63,455 nt of DNA, taken from positions 1 through 63,455 of the forward strand of contig JBGATS010000005.1 in NCBI GenBank assembly GCA_044229075.1, written 5' to 3'. The notes under the pieces are model-generated. The model was not told the DNA's origin. It made no database searches and saw nothing but the letters and a program-made list of their open reading frames with translations. Each line of letters opens with the position of its first letter. The first letter of the stretch is position 1. The stretch is from Minisyncoccia bacterium. Its GTDB lineage: Bacteria > Patescibacteriota > Minisyncoccia > Phycocordibacterales > UBA1006. Made by a program: the position numbers and the translations under genes. Of this stretch, positions 19,301-29,324 are shown piece by piece.

Positions 19301-22300
19301 GTGACGTAATTACTAACGAAGCAGCAGTTTTTACAAATGAACTTCTTCAAGCAATTGGGAACCAGGTCCAAACTACAATTGCTCCTGCACCTGGGCTCTT
19401 TCTCGAAAAACGTGCTGATACTCAAACTATTGCAGGGGGACAGTCATTTAACTGGCTTGTTGATTTGTATAACGATGGTTCAGGACCTGATTCTGTAGTT
19501 ACATTAACTGATACTATGGATCCATTGGGCGGAACGCTCCAAGGGGTGTATTTCACGTGGAATCCTGTAGCCATTGGTAATGGTGCGCCAGCAGGAGAAG
19601 TCAATATTACAGCAAATCCAAATGTCACACTTTCTGCAGCTCCAAGTGGTGTTATCACAACAACAATGGATCTCACAGGATATCGTGGTGGAAACCTTAA
19701 CCCACTCGAAGGGGGAATACTTCGTTTCGAAGTTCTCACGGCGACAGGAATTACAACAGGAATGAATTTTGTAAACGATATTTCAGGCACGTACACTGCT
19801 GGCGCTATTACAGAGACTGCTACAGCAAGTCATCGTGTACCTGTTGCCAATCCTGATCTCTGGATACGAAAAATTGTTGATAATCAATCACCTCTACCAG
19901 GAACTCAGGTAGCATTTACACTTACTCTTTCTAATGAGGGGAACCACAATGCTCCCAATGTGTCTGTTTCTGATACATTACCATTAGGTATGTGTTTTGT
20001 TCCTGGGTCAACGAGCCTCATCTCTCCATTGTCTGCTGGATACAGTATTTCAGCACCGATCGTGACAGGCAACTGTACGACAATACCTCATGTGCTCACG
20101 TGGAACAATACTCTTGTGACACCACTTGGTACTACTATACTACCTGCAAATTCTCCTGATATTAGTTTCTCATATCGGGCAACGGTTTCAGCTGGAGTAT
20201 CTTCAGGGACAACACTTACTAACGGTGCAACAACATCAACGACATTAACAGAAGACACAGTATATATGAATGCGTCGAACCAAAGTGTGACAACACCACT
20301 CCCTGATCCATATGTACGTAAATCTGCACCACCAACAGCTATTCCTGGTGATCCATTAACCTATATAGTTACGTATGGTAATGAATCAGTACAGCCTGTA
20401 ACCAATACCTACATCATCGATACACTACCAGATTTCGATACTGATGGAACAGCCGACATCACCCTTGTGTCTATTTCTGGAACAGGTGGTGAATCATTCT
20501 ACTATCATAGTGCTCCAGTATCGGTAACACCGCCAGTATTCGACCCTGCATCACCACTCACAGGTGGGTGGACAGCTGCACCTGGTCCCGTGGTTTCATA
20601 CATTGCTATCCGTAAAACAAATCTCGCTGGACTCGAGGGTCCACGCACTGTCACAGTGAGCGCAACACTCATTGATCCTGATACAGGATTACCTGTACCT
20701 ACAGGTATCAGTCTCGTGAATAGAGTAACTATTACTGGTGCAGGTGATAGTGATAGTACAGATAACACAGCCAGTACAGAAACTCGCACTCCTGGCTTTG
20801 ATTTAACGATCACAAAAACAGGAACACGTACAGGTGCTGTTCCTGGACTTGCTCCTGGAGGATCAAATACCTATACACTCACATTCCAAAACCAAGGAAC
20901 GGTATCAGTTTGTGATGTTCATGTACATGACACATTGGGGAGTAATCTTTCTTTTGTAGGGACAGGACATAATTTTACATCAATTGCCCTGACCGATATC
21001 GATGGGAACACTATCACACCGAGAGACCCTCTCGGAACATTGATTCTTACACCAGGGAATCCGACCGTTACCATTGCCGGTAATGTATTAACAGCAGATC
21101 TGGGATCTGGTCTGTGTATACCGCCAGGCGCGAAACAAAGCTTTGAAGTCTATGCAAAAACTGCTCCCACAACGACCGATGGAACTATCGTTACTAATAC
21201 TGCCGAAGTCTACACAACAGGTTCAGGCGTAGAACAAATTCTCGAAAACAATACAGCCACTGTCCAAACATCTGTATGGCGTGCTGATGTCGTTGCGACG
21301 AAAACAGGTGCTGTGACCCCAAGTGGATCAACAACTCTTGCAAATCCAGGTGAAACAATTGCCTATACCATAGAATACGACAATATCGGTAATGCTGATG
21401 CTGAGAATACCATCCTCACGGATACTATACCGTCAGAGGTGTGTTTCGTCTTGGGTAGTATCTCTGCAATTCCTGGAACAACAACACAGTATTCAAATGA
21501 TAATGGAACAACATGGACATATATCCCAGTGGGTGCTCCTGGAGCACAGGATTGTAATGTAAAGAATTTTAGAATTCTCTGGAATACACCACTACCTGCC
21601 CCTGCAAGTTTTGACGGAGAGGGCACCCGTACTGACTTCATGGACATTGGTTTGACAAATACAAGAGAAACAATGGTTTCAGGAAACGAAGTTATTCAAC
21701 TGGCTGACGCTCCACCGTTTCAAATAGTTTCTCCACAACCAGCAACTACTCACACCCCACTAGGTCAACAGGTTACCACGTTCGGTGATTTTAATAATGA
21801 TAGTAAAATGGATGTTGTTGTCAGTAATTCGTTCTCTCTTCCAACTACAGGGTACCGAGCTTTGTTATTTCTTGGTAATGGCGATGGAACATTTTTACCA
21901 GGTCTACCTATTGATACCGTAACAAATCGTGTTGATGTTGATAACGGCGATTTTAATGGTGATGGAAACCTTGATTTGGTATTTTCAGGGTGTTCAGGAG
22001 GTACTTCGTGTTTATCAGGTCCTGGTGCAACATCTGCGCGATATTATTATGGTAATGGTGATGGAACATTTGGTTCCGGGAACGTATTACCCGGTACTGC
22101 AACGGGGCGTGCGGTTTCTGTTGCTGATATGAATAATGATGGGCGATTAGACATTGTCTTAACTAGTAATACACGAGTTTATCTTAATAATGGATCTGGA
22201 TTTACTCTTGCGTATACAAATGTGTATTCGGGAAGCGAACTTGATATTAATGATATTGATGGTGACGGGGATAATGATATCGTAGTTGTATCCCTAAACT

Positions 22301-25300
22301 CAGGCACAGGTATTATCTATTATAATAATGGAGCTGGAAATGCTTTTACATTGTATACATTACCTGCCACATCTGCAACTAGGTCTGTACCTCAATTAGT
22401 AGACCTTGATCATGATAATGATCTAGATATAGTTTTGTCAGACTCATCAGTGTCGCCTGGAAATAATTGTTATTTTATTAATAATAATGATGGAACCTTT
22501 CAATCATGTGTTGCGTATAGTAATACATCAATTCGTGCAGGTACTATTGCCGACTTTAATCAGGATGGATACAATGATTATCTTTCGTCAATTCAAAGTA
22601 GTACAACCAGTCGTCTCTTTCTAGGAGAATCCGGCTCTATCCCAATCTCTGCATCTTCACACACAACAATTACTTGGCCAAGTGTTAATAATGGTATTCA
22701 AAATTGGAGATATAATCAAAAGGATATCAATGGAGATGGGAAAATCGATGTTGTTGTTCCAAATAATACAACAGGAATCTCGGTGGCACTTAATCGATTT
22801 AATGAATATGTTGCCTCTGGGTCATATACAACTACAATTGTTGCACCCACAGCAGTCACATCATGGAACAAACTCCTCCTAAATGCTGATGTTCCGACCG
22901 ATACAGCACTGACATATACAATCCTCCCATCATCATGTACAGGAACACCGTACGTCAATGCCCAACCAGCACCACAGGGATATGTGGATATTTCACACAT
23001 ACCCAACACTGTGACATCACTGTGTCTACGTATGAATTTTGCAACAACAAATGTAAGCAAGACACCGGTACTCGACGCATGGAAAGCAACCTACACATCA
23101 CCGATAAAACCAAAATTCACCTACAATGCAGTGGTGAAAACATCACCACAATTAGGTGTGATACCAAACAGTGTACAAATCAGTACAACAACCATTGAAA
23201 TCAATACAGGGAATAACGATGCGATCAAAGAACATCAGCTCATTACATCTGACGTCTCTGTAAAGAAAACAGTGACAAAAACAGCAGCACTAGCAAGTGA
23301 TACATTAACCTATACATTAACATACAAAAACGAAGGACCAAGTACTGCAAATGCAGTCGTTTTGACCGACACTCTCTCATCACTCGTTACAGCACCATCG
23401 AGCATCGTTGTCTCTGCGACCTCTGGACCCGCACCTGTATGTACTCACAGTGCTGGAGTCATTATCTGTGATAACGATGGAAATCCACTGACACCATCGA
23501 CATGGAATCTCGCAGTGAATGATACAGGGACCATTACGATTACTGTCGATATTCTCGGTACCGTGTCTGCTGGTGATATTGTGACGAATACTACAGCTAT
23601 TACAACACTAACCTATCAAATCATAACTACGAATGATTCGGACACGGTGAACACAGTGATTGGGTCATATCCGAACCTCTTCATAGAGAAAACCGGCCCA
23701 ACACGAGCCAATGTTGATAGAGATATCATCTACACCATCGAGTATGGTAATAACGGGAACACACTAGCTCCTGATGTTACTCTTACAGATACTTTTGATA
23801 GCAACACAACCTTTGTTTCAGCGGTATCTACTGACGGAACCATGCCAGCATGTAACAGTACAGCAACGACGATCACATGTGGTGGCGCAGGATATAGTCT
23901 ACCAGTAGGGGCAAGTCACACACTCACAGTGACACTTCACGTGAACAATGATTTTAACCTACTCATTAATGAAGAAATCATTGACAACGATGTAGCCATT
24001 ACTACAAGTATTCCTGAATCAAGTATTTCTGATAATGCTTCTACGTACGATATCCCTGTGTACCCATTTGCACTATCAAGCATCTCTGGATATGTGTATA
24101 TCGATGCCAATGGCAGCATAACAAAAGATCCTGTGGAAACAGCACTACCAGGAATTACCCTTAACTTGGTAGGGACGGATATTTATGGTGCTGCAGTATC
24201 ATTGTCGACCGTGACGAATGCATCAGGACAGTATATCTTTTCAGGACTTAACCCTGGAACCTATACCGTCACACAGACTCAGCCAGGAGGATATGATTCT
24301 ACAGGGGCATCTGCCGGTACAAATCTCGTCCCAGCAGGGAACAATGGAACAGTGTCTGGCCCTAACATGATTGCATCAATCACCGTTGGAGAGGGTCATA
24401 CATCGCTTGAAAACAATTTTGGTGAAGCATCAGGTACAATAGGTAATCAAGTCTTTTACGATCAAAATACAAATGGTACGTTCGATCTAGGCGATACAGG
24501 ACTTGCTGGTGTACGTATTCTTTTGATTACTGATACGAATAATAATGGACTTCAAGATACAGGTGAATCAGTACGTGTTGCCTACACTGATGCAGTAGGA
24601 AACTATCAATTCACGAATCTTCCATTTGGAAATTATATTACAAAAGTTTCTGATACAGCAGGTGTTCTCAGCAGTTATACACCCGTGTCAGGAATCTCAA
24701 CGGGCGGATTAGATAATGATGCAAAAAATGTTTCAGGATATACGATGAATCTCTCTGGGACAAATCCATCAGTACAGAGTGCTGATTTCGGATATACACT
24801 GACACCATTTACACCGGGAACTCCTGGAACGATTGGAACAAAAGTCTTCTCTGACTTTAATGGTAACGGTATCCTCGACGGTCTTGATACAGGTATACCA
24901 AACGTATCTGTTGATTTGTATCGTGATAACGATAGTTCAGGGACAGTAACATTTGGCGACACATTCCTCGGTAGACTCTTTACCGATGGATCAGGGGACT
25001 ATCTCTTTGGTGGACTCACTCTCGACCGCAGGTATGTCGTCCGTGTATCAGATACACTTGGTGATCTTGCTGGATATATCAATACACTCGGTACTCCACA
25101 TACAGATAACCATGGACAAAACCCTCTCGCATATCCTGTCTACCTACAAACAGGAGTGAATGAATTTACGATTATAGCAGACTTCTCATACCAGCCACCG
25201 TACCCAGATCTTAAGATTACAAAATCACATGTCGGCCTCAATGTACAAGGGAGTACGGCAACATACAACATTGTAGTAGAAAACAAATCCACTGCATCAG

Positions 25301-28300
25301 GCAATGCAACATCACCTATTCGTGTAACAGATACGCTCGTTTCAGATCTGACGTATGTCTCTACATCAGGAACGAATTGGGATTGTAGTGCAACGGTTGC
25401 ACCACTTGTCGACTGTACCTATACAGGAGCATATCCAGTAGTACCAGGAACCGTATTACCAACCCTTACGATTACAGCAACGATTTCAGGAACTGCTGTA
25501 CCACCCCTTACGAACACAGCAAGTGTTTCAACACCTCTTGAGCTTCCTCATGTACTTCTTGATAATACTGCAAGTGATCCTGTAACCTATGTTGCAGCAT
25601 CAGCTGATGGTGTGATCGGTACGACGATATGGATTGACGAGGATCGTGATGGAGAGCGTGACGTGTCTGAACCAGGACTTTCTGGTATTATTGTCAGACT
25701 ATACAGCGATCTAGACGGCAATGGGTTACCTGATGATACGAATAGCGATATGGTTATTGATATAAATGACGAAGTTGCCACCGCTCAGATAACAGATTCA
25801 AATGGAGAATATCTCTTTTCTGGCCTTGACCGTGATGACTTGGTGAATGGATATTATGACTATCTCGTAACTGTTGATACTGTGGGTATCCCTCCTGGAT
25901 ATACACATACGACAGGAACAGTTGCGACTGACAATTTCTCTCAAGTGGAGACAAATTATCCAGTACGACTTTCAAATATTAATCCATCGAATATTACAGC
26001 AGATTTCGGGTATGCACCGACAATGCCTGACCTTGCAATTACAAAAACTCATAGTGGCACAGTACATCAAGGAGATACAGTAACATTTACGATAGCAGTA
26101 TCAAATGTTTCTGGTGCGGGTGATGTTCCCGTAACGAACGATATTGTCGTAACGGATACTATGCCTATAGGGATGACACTCATTCCATCAGCAACAGTAA
26201 GTGCAACGAATGCTATCAGTAGTTCATGGAATTGTAGTACTTCGACAGCTACATTGCTTCGATGTATTTCAAATGCAGGACTTGTAGGTGGTGCATCACT
26301 TCCAAATATTGCTGCCGTTATTGAAGTCAATCCTGTGTCAGTACCGACAAGTATTACAAACACTGCTACCGTATCAACAGTTCGTGAAACAGGGCCATCA
26401 GCAATCCTTGCGAACAACACAGTCAATGACACAGTAGATGTTGTATTAACAAATACAGGAAGTATTGGAAATCTCGTATGGGATGATCATAATGGAAACG
26501 GTCATTATGATATAGGGGAAGACCCTATTGGTGGAGTTCATATATACCTCTACCGTGATGTCAACGAAGACGGACTGGTTGATGCAGGAGATATTCTCAT
26601 TGATACACAAATCACCAGTACAACTGTAGGAAGTATTGGAACTTATCAGTTCGTTAATCTGGAAAGAGATCTCGGCCTCGGTTATTATCCATATATTGTA
26701 CGAGTAGAAACAACTGATATTACTGCGATTAATACACTCTATACACAGACGATCGGTATACCAGGAACAGATAACGAATCTCAGGTTCAGGACTATCGTG
26801 TAACACTCAACAGTACTAATATATCTGACCAAACAGCAGATTTTGGATTTAAATTACCTCCTGATCTCACACTGGTAAAAACTATCAGTGGGACGAGCAC
26901 TGCCTATGTTGGTCAATCAATGACATTTCTTCTCGAAGTTACCAATATTGGAGGGGGTACAACCAATGGATCCGATATTATCGTGACTGATACATTGCCT
27001 AGCAACCTCAGTTTTGTGAGCACTGGTACGAGCCCAGAATGTAATGCAGTAGGTCAAGTCGTAACTTGTACACTCACTGGTATCCCTGCGGTACTTGCTC
27101 GTTTAACAGGATCACACACCTTTACCATTGTCACCAGAGCAAATGCAACAGGACCTGTTGCAAACTCTGCGACAGTTACAAGCGGTGGAATATCAGGAAG
27201 TGTTTCATCACTTGCGAGCGTGGGAACAATTCCTCCTACAACGCTTTCAATTACCAAAACAGGAACACCTCTTTCAGGACTTATAGGTACTGCAGTTACT
27301 TTTACCGTAACTATTGAGAACACTGGACTTGGAAATACTGTAGGAACATATTCTGTAGCTGATACTCTGGCTACAGGACTTGTCTTTGATGCAGCAGATT
27401 CTGATACACGATGTACCGCTGTAGGACAAGTAGTCACCTGTGCTGATACAGCAGTACTTGCTCCAGGAGCATCTACATCATTTGATATCAAAGCAACTAT
27501 TGCAGCTGCTGGGTCATATGAAAACACCGCAACAGTTTCTGGTGGCAGTGCAATAAGTGCAACTTCAAATACTGTTACCGTTGTCCGTACAGCTCAACCA
27601 AGTGGAGGCGGTGGCGGGGGTGGTGGAGTTATCGGAACATGGTGCCCATCAGGTCAAACATGGAATGGAAGTCTTTGTGTAACAACACCTAAACCTGTAA
27701 CACCAGTACTTACACCCACTGTACCGAAGTCTCCAAGTAGTGTACTGAGCATATCTACATCACTACGCAAATCACGTCTCGGTCTCCTTTGGCAGACAGG
27801 GTCAGATACATTCGGTTCATGTGGGTATCCAGTTCTTACGACACCAATTAAGCTTGGAAAAACAAACAAGGTTTCCGACGTGAAATTCCTCGAACAATTC
27901 CTTAATACATATGAAAATGAAAAACTTACAGTGAATGGTATATATGAACAAGAAGATTTTGAAGCGGTAATACGATGGCAAGAAAAATATGCATCTGCAG
28001 TACTTGCCCCTTGGGGTGTAGTAAAAGGTACTGGATATGTGTACAAAACAAGTCTTGCCCAAATTGCACGTCAGTACAAAACAGTATGTACTAGCGATGA
28101 CACGGCGAAACCTAAAACAGATCTTCCAAAGGATGTACCCGTTCCAGTTGTTGCTGATATTGAAATCACAAGTACTCCAACCAATATCACAGGTACTCGT
28201 ATCAGAATTCCAGCTATTGGACTCGACAAGATTGTATACACAACGGGAACGTTAAAACAAGTAAAAGACAACATTTGGCATTCGCCAGATACAGAAATGC

Positions 28301-28617
28301 CTCATGAGGGTGGAAATACTGTCTTTGTAGGACACCGTTACGTAAACCTCGTTCGTGATGCGAAGGGGAATGTTGTCCAAATCCCACCAAAACCAGGAGT
28401 CTTCTTTGAATTACCAAGTGTTCCTGTAGGTTCCGATATCTACGCGACAGATTCTGGTCGTGAATATCATTACCGTGTGACACAAAGTTTCGAAGTAAAG
28501 CCCGATGAAATTTGGGTAGAGGATGAAACAACAAATCCGACACTTACACTTTATACCTGTACGCCACTGTATACTCATAACAAACGTCATGTAATACGTG
28601 CAGAATTAGTGAAATAA
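16369..28617 (+). CDS. Giant (4082 aa) surface adhesin: DUF11-like and SdrD-B-like repeats, FG-GAP propeller, PG-binding-like domain, C-terminal sortase domain
   Basis: About 16 DLxITKT...YTLT.N...TNTA modules, 5 G.IG..V..D.N modules, 7 DFN.DG..D repeats (about 21775-22790), a poly-Gly linker, VKFLEQFLN...VIRWQEKY (PGBD-like), then RIRIPAIG...GHR...TLYTCTP...KRH (sortase). Confidence 0.9.
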   Translation: MIVLGIVMGNSGIAALIGFIPLTEASFTQNNSAGTWKVDFNNNQQGLAPDGAPLRENITIDTSAGIAKITPTFSSGYFNTVAVSPNSFSAWDRIVVDAVYATISDIHISLYTCTNTPILGFQNMLLGVDGSINISGLPVSNTCIKARADLTDSGGPRPIINDIKITWVPLPVFLLSHSANTTRPVGDGVVYSINYSISYVDDSGVIVWVPLPRSSNGTVTNYTTSYGVTPDPSFVSASSGGQYSATAITVAGVSIPAHSVYWNLGSVPAGRSGTLTYELSTQNNWQQGIQYHSQAFIDSLAANQVVSDSDLITAGNQPVLTTLTATPLPSIEKEALGVIRIGDEKFVANFGSYTNTVTYRIKIKNGNAQSARESIWNPSITDDLSNIYTRLSTVCGITVPSSRVTPNNGGIKIGNTIVWDTPTGDLTHLSANQEKIVTYTIDYTGCPPDPSRTYINTATLSADNIVAITDQEIIKMGVPTGPSGVFSKNGPDMNYGAVKYHNDSYNYTLSASNDGSVVIGDIIMADKIDPLLDLVSVSTTSGSGAITYYNTGGAGNPVTTPPVYTIVPGVGITGVGWTTTKPLSGTNWIITYIPCVDSALFPAPSGNTQCYQKPNQVISTITVQLKQPVAACLEYTVPNTGAFWIHAVSPSPTNNTINPTAPLNFTDGLVTKVLPRLASFSTESELTAPNTAHVTDEITYTLQIKNTGVDTAYNVSANIQIPTATVNGISGVPFDFVNSIGGTLIATGLPNTATIQLGTIPESITKNVLITLRPPKGISNLQIATMNVTISASDDNNCKPITTSLSKSVTVTSEPLLTITKNRKESLIPSGGDIHYAINFESTGNAPTTSSYIVDFIPTNTIFKYAYTTGTDSSGATFNCPACKILFSDSLPSLPPGTSPFDVLTLNDITQSFSLGTEISPGVWTSPFGSMTHWVAYLLDDPAISTPMVVTGRTGTVGLTLTNDFDGVGPGVIGSPVSDVITNEAAVFTNELLQAIGNQVQTTIAPAPGLFLEKRADTQTIAGGQSFNWLVDLYNDGSGPDSVVTLTDTMDPLGGTLQGVYFTWNPVAIGNGAPAGEVNITANPNVTLSAAPSGVITTTMDLTGYRGGNLNPLEGGILRFEVLTATGITTGMNFVNDISGTYTAGAITETATASHRVPVANPDLWIRKIVDNQSPLPGTQVAFTLTLSNEGNHNAPNVSVSDTLPLGMCFVPGSTSLISPLSAGYSISAPIVTGNCTTIPHVLTWNNTLVTPLGTTILPANSPDISFSYRATVSAGVSSGTTLTNGATTSTTLTEDTVYMNASNQSVTTPLPDPYVRKSAPPTAIPGDPLTYIVTYGNESVQPVTNTYIIDTLPDFDTDGTADITLVSISGTGGESFYYHSAPVSVTPPVFDPASPLTGGWTAAPGPVVSYIAIRKTNLAGLEGPRTVTVSATLIDPDTGLPVPTGISLVNRVTITGAGDSDSTDNTASTETRTPGFDLTITKTGTRTGAVPGLAPGGSNTYTLTFQNQGTVSVCDVHVHDTLGSNLSFVGTGHNFTSIALTDIDGNTITPRDPLGTLILTPGNPTVTIAGNVLTADLGSGLCIPPGAKQSFEVYAKTAPTTTDGTIVTNTAEVYTTGSGVEQILENNTATVQTSVWRADVVATKTGAVTPSGSTTLANPGETIAYTIEYDNIGNADAENTILTDTIPSEVCFVLGSISAIPGTTTQYSNDNGTTWTYIPVGAPGAQDCNVKNFRILWNTPLPAPASFDGEGTRTDFMDIGLTNTRETMVSGNEVIQLADAPPFQIVSPQPATTHTPLGQQVTTFGDFNNDSKMDVVVSNSFSLPTTGYRALLFLGNGDGTFLPGLPIDTVTNRVDVDNGDFNGDGNLDLVFSGCSGGTSCLSGPGATSARYYYGNGDGTFGSGNVLPGTATGRAVSVADMNNDGRLDIVLTSNTRVYLNNGSGFTLAYTNVYSGSELDINDIDGDGDNDIVVVSLNSGTGIIYYNNGAGNAFTLYTLPATSATRSVPQLVDLDHDNDLDIVLSDSSVSPGNNCYFINNNDGTFQSCVAYSNTSIRAGTIADFNQDGYNDYLSSIQSSTTSRLFLGESGSIPISASSHTTITWPSVNNGIQNWRYNQKDINGDGKIDVVVPNNTTGISVALNRFNEYVASGSYTTTIVAPTAVTSWNKLLLNADVPTDTALTYTILPSSCTGTPYVNAQPAPQGYVDISHIPNTVTSLCLRMNFATTNVSKTPVLDAWKATYTSPIKPKFTYNAVVKTSPQLGVIPNSVQISTTTIEINTGNNDAIKEHQLITSDVSVKKTVTKTAALASDTLTYTLTYKNEGPSTANAVVLTDTLSSLVTAPSSIVVSATSGPAPVCTHSAGVIICDNDGNPLTPSTWNLAVNDTGTITITVDILGTVSAGDIVTNTTAITTLTYQIITTNDSDTVNTVIGSYPNLFIEKTGPTRANVDRDIIYTIEYGNNGNTLAPDVTLTDTFDSNTTFVSAVSTDGTMPACNSTATTITCGGAGYSLPVGASHTLTVTLHVNNDFNLLINEEIIDNDVAITTSIPESSISDNASTYDIPVYPFALSSISGYVYIDANGSITKDPVETALPGITLNLVGTDIYGAAVSLSTVTNASGQYIFSGLNPGTYTVTQTQPGGYDSTGASAGTNLVPAGNNGTVSGPNMIASITVGEGHTSLENNFGEASGTIGNQVFYDQNTNGTFDLGDTGLAGVRILLITDTNNNGLQDTGESVRVAYTDAVGNYQFTNLPFGNYITKVSDTAGVLSSYTPVSGISTGGLDNDAKNVSGYTMNLSGTNPSVQSADFGYTLTPFTPGTPGTIGTKVFSDFNGNGILDGLDTGIPNVSVDLYRDNDSSGTVTFGDTFLGRLFTDGSGDYLFGGLTLDRRYVVRVSDTLGDLAGYINTLGTPHTDNHGQNPLAYPVYLQTGVNEFTIIADFSYQPPYPDLKITKSHVGLNVQGSTATYNIVVENKSTASGNATSPIRVTDTLVSDLTYVSTSGTNWDCSATVAPLVDCTYTGAYPVVPGTVLPTLTITATISGTAVPPLTNTASVSTPLELPHVLLDNTASDPVTYVAASADGVIGTTIWIDEDRDGERDVSEPGLSGIIVRLYSDLDGNGLPDDTNSDMVIDINDEVATAQITDSNGEYLFSGLDRDDLVNGYYDYLVTVDTVGIPPGYTHTTGTVATDNFSQVETNYPVRLSNINPSNITADFGYAPTMPDLAITKTHSGTVHQGDTVTFTIAVSNVSGAGDVPVTNDIVVTDTMPIGMTLIPSATVSATNAISSSWNCSTSTATLLRCISNAGLVGGASLPNIAAVIEVNPVSVPTSITNTATVSTVRETGPSAILANNTVNDTVDVVLTNTGSIGNLVWDDHNGNGHYDIGEDPIGGVHIYLYRDVNEDGLVDAGDILIDTQITSTTVGSIGTYQFVNLERDLGLGYYPYIVRVETTDITAINTLYTQTIGIPGTDNESQVQDYRVTLNSTNISDQTADFGFKLPPDLTLVKTISGTSTAYVGQSMTFLLEVTNIGGGTTNGSDIIVTDTLPSNLSFVSTGTSPECNAVGQVVTCTLTGIPAVLARLTGSHTFTIVTRANATGPVANSATVTSGGISGSVSSLASVGTIPPTTLSITKTGTPLSGLIGTAVTFTVTIENTGLGNTVGTYSVADTLATGLVFDAADSDTRCTAVGQVVTCADTAVLAPGASTSFDIKATIAAAGSYENTATVSGGSAISATSNTVTVVRTAQPSGGGGGGGGVIGTWCPSGQTWNGSLCVTTPKPVTPVLTPTVPKSPSSVLSISTSLRKSRLGLLWQTGSDTFGSCGYPVLTTPIKLGKTNKVSDVKFLEQFLNTYENEKLTVNGIYEQEDFEAVIRWQEKYASAVLAPWGVVKGTGYVYKTSLAQIARQYKTVCTSDDTAKPKTDLPKDVPVPVVADIEITSTPTNITGTRIRIPAIGLDKIVYTTGTLKQVKDNIWHSPDTEMPHEGGNTVFVGHRYVNLVRDAKGNVVQIPPKPGVFFELPSVPVGSDIYATDSGREYHYRVTQSFEVKPDEIWVEDETTNPTLTLYTCTPLYTHNKRHVIRAELVK

Positions 28618-28745
28618 AAATCACCCTACGGGTGTTTTTTATTTCAAGGAGATTGCAAGCTTTTTGATACTTGAGAAGCTATTGCTTTTTATTGACAAAT
28701 ATGGTATTATGAAACAAAAAATTGTTTCACAAAAAATATAAAAAA

Positions 28746-29273
28746 ATGGTAAAAAGTATTAAAAAAATTCAATCATTCAAAGAATTTTTTAGAGTTCCGC
28801 ATGGAACCGAATTAAAAAATTTTTTACGAAGAATGGTAATTCTTCTACGAGATCATCCCAACCTGGGATATCAGGTTTTACAAGATTGCCAATTAATTAT
28901 TAACAATCTAGTTGCAGAGTACCGAGAAGAAAAGCCGTTTCTTGGGAAAAATCAATTCATTGCTGTTATAGGCAATATGGCAATTCCAGAAGATGTTGCA
29001 CGGGAAATTGCTCGGGAACTGGGATTAACAAAAAGTAATATGAGATTTTTCACTGGGTATAAGTTATCCAATGAAGATATTAATACAATTTCGGCAGACA
29101 ATTGCTTAGTAGTCATTATGGGACCAATACCTCATAAAACTATTGGAAATTTTGAACAGACTTTCCAATACAAAATTATAAAAGCAAAAACTAAATCAAA
29201 AGAATTAAAAATTACAAAAGATTCTTTCAGAGAAAGTTTATACGGAGCCTTGGAAAAAATAAAAAATAATTAA
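28746..29273 (+). CDS. Hypothetical protein (AT-rich cassette)
   Basis: Open ORF flanked by hairpins. The C-terminal alpha/beta region contains GPIPHK and ELKITKDSF; family not assigned. Confidence 0.7.
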   Translation: MVKSIKKIQSFKEFFRVPHGTELKNFLRRMVILLRDHPNLGYQVLQDCQLIINNLVAEYREEKPFLGKNQFIAVIGNMAIPEDVAREIARELGLTKSNMRFFTGYKLSNEDINTISADNCLVVIMGPIPHKTIGNFEQTFQYKIIKAKTKSKELKITKDSFRESLYGALEKIKNN

Positions 29274-29324
29274 AATAATAAAGTATCAGAGATCTGATAC
29301 TTTTTTTATTTTCCATTTTCTGGT

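Noticed and set aside
21838-21852. LPTTG sortase motif inside the giant protein
   Set aside because: It lies mid-protein within an FG-GAP blade with no following TM and basic tail; likely chance, though it could be tested as a cis cleavage site.
16369-28617. Numerous short ORFs nested within the giant gene (e.g. 19422-19796, 26067-26432, 27054-27527)
   Set aside because: Shadows of the repetitive Thr/Val/Gly codon pattern of the real ORF, with no independent motifs.
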